Source of the DNA: a virus
Taxonomy: Duplodnaviria; Caudoviricetes
Virus record (IMG/VR): IMGVR_UViG_3300037692_000228
Coordinates: 1 to 26,042 of that record
Strand: one strand, 5' to 3'
Length of the DNA stretch: 26,042 nucleotides
The position numbers and the translations under genes are program-made. The stretch's first letter is position 1; every line of letters starts with the position of its first letter. The notes beneath the pieces were generated by a model, which saw only the letters and a list, made by a program, of their open reading frames with translations, ran no database searches and was not told where the DNA came from. Positions 24,730 through 26,042 of the stretch are shown one piece after another.

Positions 24730-26042
24730 ATCCAGTGCAGTCCGCGCCGGCCGCGCCTACATCGAGGTCTTCGCGGACAATTCCGCCCTGGTCCGCGGCC
24801 TGAAAATGGCCGAACAGCGGGTCACGCAATTCGGGGCCCAGGTAGTGCGACTTGGCGCAGGCTTTACCGCGCTCGGGACGGCAATCACTGCGCCGCTATT
24901 AGCAGCGACAAAGCACTTCGCTTCCGTCGGCGATCAACTCGACAAGATGTCGAAGCGCACCGGCGTCAGTGTTGAGGCTTTGTCCGAGCTTGGCTTTGCC
25001 GCCGAGCAGAGCGGCTCGGACCTCTCCGTGGTTGAGAACGGGCTTCGACGGATGCAACGGTCGCTCGTCGATGCGGAGCGAGGGCTATCCACCCAGGTCG
25101 ACGCCCTGACAGCGATGGGCGTCGCGATAGAGGACTTCCGCGGGCTCACGCCGGAGCAGCAATTCTTTAAGCTCGCTGAGGCCATAAGCGGGATCGACGA
25201 TCCGACCACCCGCGCGGGTACGGCGATGCAGTTTTTTGGGCGGTCGGGCACACTGCTCCTTCCGCTAATGGAAGACGGCGCCGCCGGCATCGACACTCTG
25301 CGTCGGCAATTCCGCGATCTCGGGCTGACAGTCTCGAGCGCCGATGCCGCACTCGGGGCCGAATTCACCGACTCGTTGAATCTCCTGCGACGCGTTCTAT
25401 CCAACGTCGCGGTCACGATCGGATCGGCCCTTGCGCCAGCGCTGATCGATCTCGCACGTCGCGGCGTCGAGATTGGCACGGTGGTTTCTAATTGGGTCAA
25501 GGCGAACAAGGGCCTGATTGTTTCTACGGCGGCGGTCGGGGCCGGGCTTGTCGCATTTGGCGCGACTCTTGTTGTCGGCGGCGTTGCAATCATCGGACTC
25601 GGCAAGGCGATCGGCCTGCTCGTGGTCGGGCTCGGGGCAGTCGCGGCCGTTGTCAAAATCGCATCAGCGGCGATGCTGGCAATGTTCACCCCCATCGGCC
25701 TACTGGTCGCAGTGGTCGCGTTGCTTGCCGCGCGGTTCGTTGACTTCGGTTCCGTCGCCGGCAAGGTCGTGGACTGGGTCAAGGACAAATTCGGCGAGCT
25801 GTTCGACAAGGTCAAAGAGGTCGTGTCCGCGATGGTTAACGCACTGCGCGGCGGCGACGTTGCGGCCGCGGCAGAGTTGCTGTGGGCCTCCCTGCGGGTT
25901 GTCTGGTCGCAGGGCGTCGCGTCCGTGCAAAAGGTATGGGCGTCACTCTGGACCAGCACGGTCAAGACTGCGATTACCGCCTGGTCGGCGTTGCTCGCGG
26001 GCCTGAATGAGATTTGGGCGCAAATGAAGCTCGGAATGTCCG
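24722..26042 (+). CDS. Tail tape measure protein (runs off the window end)
   Basis: ATG 24722, MAKSSAVRAGRAYIEVFADNS..., DKMSKRTGVSVEALSEL, followed by Ala/Gly-rich helical and hydrophobic stretches. No stop seen before the end, so it is absent from the ORF track. Confidence 0.85.
   Translation, partial: MAKSSAVRAGRAYIEVFADNSALVRGLKMAEQRVTQFGAQVVRLGAGFTALGTAITAPLLAATKHFASVGDQLDKMSKRTGVSVEALSELGFAAEQSGSDLSVVENGLRRMQRSLVDAERGLSTQVDALTAMGVAIEDFRGLTPEQQFFKLAEAISGIDDPTTRAGTAMQFFGRSGTLLLPLMEDGAAGIDTLRRQFRDLGLTVSSADAALGAEFTDSLNLLRRVLSNVAVTIGSALAPALIDLARRGVEIGTVVSNWVKANKGLIVSTAAVGAGLVAFGATLVVGGVAIIGLGKAIGLLVVGLGAVAAVVKIASAAMLAMFTPIGLLVAVVALLAARFVDFGSVAGKVVDWVKDKFGELFDKVKEVVSAMVNALRGGDVAAAAELLWASLRVVWSQGVASVQKVWASLWTSTVKTAITAWSALLAGLNEIWAQMKLGMS

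Noticed and set aside
240-25965. Numerous long minus-strand and alternate-frame ORFs (e.g. 6274-7368, 8443-9453, 14257-15558, 18904-19917, 24934-25965)
   Set aside because: These are shadow ORFs of GC-rich + strand genes, with no recognisable motifs or RBSs.

Overview
The window is a GC-rich tailed-phage or prophage segment, with every credible gene on the + strand. The gene style suggests a Planctomycetota-type siphovirus, which is an inference. From left to right: a ParB-like / glycosyltransferase / sulfotransferase-like cluster; an accessory block (AAA+ ATPase, DUF2786-like, RHH-like, RarA C-terminal-like); terminase large subunit; Zn-finger; a ~2.9 kb insert; gpW-like; lambda-type portal; protease-scaffold-capsid fusion; head and tail genes including a ~1850-aa Gly/Ala-repeat protein; tail tube; tail chaperones with a -1 frameshift site; and a truncated tape measure. 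The standout is the insert at 8762-11657. It has its own sigma70-type promoter, an unknown 204-aa ORF, and a ~420-aa Cas12f/TnpB-family protein that lacks the RuvC catalytic acids and the C-terminal Zn-ribbon/RuvC-III. About 12 same-strand, hairpin-containing CRISPR-like repeats sharing a GGTAGTTRCAGG-type 3' end flank this gene on both sides. This looks like a phage-borne, nuclease-dead, multi-guide RNA-guided DNA-binding system with no cas1/cas2 or transposase in the window. All family assignments come from motif recognition by eye and from memory; no database searches were run.
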